DNA of 64,000 bases, from the NCBI GenBank assembly GCA_050613775.1, contig JBODTK010000144.1, forward strand, positions 248,001 to 312,000. The letters are read 5' to 3'. Below, piece after piece: positions 62,301 to 64,000 of the stretch. This stretch comes from Neocallimastix sp. 'constans'. Taxonomy: Eukaryota. A program made the position numbers and the translations under genes. Positions within the stretch are counted from its first letter, which is position 1. The number at the start of each line of letters is the position of its first letter. The notes under the pieces are model-generated. The model was not told where the DNA came from, made no database searches, and saw only the letters and a list, made by a program, of their open reading frames with translations.

Positions 62301-63793
62301 TCGTCTTCATTTGTTTTGGTTTTGGAAGGTTCTTTTTCTTTTAATTTATTTTTGGTATGTGTTCCTATTGATTGTGATATTGATAATGAATGTAAGTTTT
62401 GTGATGATGATGGTTGTATTGATTGAGAAAGTTTCTTAGATCCATCCTCATTAATTGGTGTAGTTTTAATTTTACTCTTTACCAATGATGGATGTGATTT
62501 TAATTTAGAAGTTTCATGATAAGATTTGTTAAGTGATGCTAAAATGTTTGTATTTGACTTATCTTTTATATTTGAGAGATGATTTTGAGTTGGTGTAATA
62601 TTTTGAGAATTAAAAAGATAAGATGATGACGATGAACTCGTACTTTCATGTAAAGAATCATTAAAAGAATTTAATAAAGACTTTTTTCCATAAGACACAC
62701 CATCTAATTTATTTTTTGTATTTTCTTTTACTTTTGTTTTTTTCGTAGTATGATGCTCAATTCTTTGAGCTAAAACTTCAGCATTTTTAATTAAATCTTG
62801 AATTCTTTTGGCTTGTGATTGTAATGATTCTATAGAATAATCCTCACTAAAATTGGTTACTGAAATATTTTCAAAATAATTATCTGTCATATTATTTCCA
62901 CTAATTTTTGATAATTCATAATATGAATCATTGTTTATTTTTGTTGGTATATTTTCATATTCTGAATTATCAAGAAAAGAATTATTATTTAAATCATGTT
63001 CATAAATACTTTCAGATGAATAGGTATCATAATTTGTTGAACTTGCATTACTATTTTCAAATTTATTTATGACAATAACTTTATTATTATTTTTATCAGA
63101 TAAAGTACTTAAATAATTATTTTTTTGAATTAAAGGTTCTTTCCCTTTTATTCTATGACTAAATGCTTTTTCAAGTTTAGAAATTTTATTATGACTTTTA
63201 GATTTTTCCTTATTATTATTATTATGATGATTATGATTATGATTATTCATTTGTTTCTTTTGGAATTCTTTTAATTTATCAAGACGTTGTTTTATTTCAT
63301 TTTTTTTCTTTTCTTTATCCAACATTTCCTTTTTATGTTGCTCTTCACGAGCCTTCAATTTTTTACGCATAAAATCCCTAACTTCATTTACATTATAAGA
63401 TTTTGATTTTGGTTTTTCTGGTACAACCTGATCCAATTCTTCATGACTTTTTTTTCTATTTAATTTCTTTTCTTTCATATATTTTCTAATTTCTTCCTGA
63501 TCATAATATTTTTTTGGTTTCGTTATTTTAGATGTTTCAGCTTCTTCTACTATTGTTTTTTTTTGAGGTGAAGGATTTATTGAAATTTTATATTTTTCAT
63601 CCAAATTTGGTATCACTATTTCATTTTGAGCTGATATTCTTTTTCTTTTTCTTTCAGCATGATGAATTTCTTTTTTTTTTTCTGTTGATATTGATACTTT
63701 TTCGTTTTTTATTTCTGTATTGCTATCATTATTAATAATTTCTCTATGAGCTTTGTTAATTTTTCTTTCCCTCACAGGTTTCAATGATTGCAT
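53357..63793 (-). CDS. CEP350: ~3400-aa acidic low-complexity centrosomal protein, CEP350-like, 2 exons
   Basis: Exons 63793-54304 and 54147-53357 join in frame (A|TG). Three blocks recall CEP350 in the correct order: YYDQEEIRKYMKEKK, RLSPHSLSRKLMSEINYLETLNETNLQLTEMENER..EQE, and the C-terminal DUF4378-like EEEKPFIDYDD..IQNQVTEMIWNELLEDSV. Assignment is from memory of motifs. Confidence 0.7.
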
Positions 63794-64000
63794 TATTTAT
63801 TACTATCTTAAGTTAAACTACGATTAACTCTTTAAAATATTAGTGTATGTATTTATTTAAATAGAAGTTTTCCACTGTTTTTATTTTAATATACTTTATA
63901 TTATATTTTTATAATAATTTTCATTGTTAATTTGAATAAAAACTTATTCCTCTTGTTTGTAATTAGAATAAAAGAGTTTCCTCTTTCCTTTTTAATATTT

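Overview
Extremely AT-rich, intron-containing eukaryotic DNA. Base composition, A/T-rich GT-AG introns and flagellar genes point to a zoosporic fungus, most likely an anaerobic gut fungus (Neocallimastigomycota); this is an inference. I reconstructed eight spliced genes by hand: a CaMKK-family kinase (12 exons, including an 8-nt micro-exon), ribosomal protein eL33/RPL35A, a 63-aa YABBY/HMG-box-like protein, CFAP58, a Sec7+PH ARF-GEF, SPAG6/PF16, a small secreted probably GPI-anchored protein and a ~3400-aa CEP350-like protein. Intergenic DNA holds decayed LINE 3' fragments and many satellites. The most interesting signals are: (i) tiny (~55-70 nt) poly(A)-tailed, TSD-flanked retro-insertions whose ends match the 3' termini of LINE fragments elsewhere in the window, one with its empty site preserved nearby; (ii) one such insertion followed by tandem [target site + poly(A)] repeats; (iii) arrays built from a fixed unit separated by variable microsatellite spacers, with higher-order structure; (iv) a ~150-bp intronic palindrome; (v) three flagellum/basal-body genes within ~31 kb. 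All protein-family calls come from motif recognition, not database searches.
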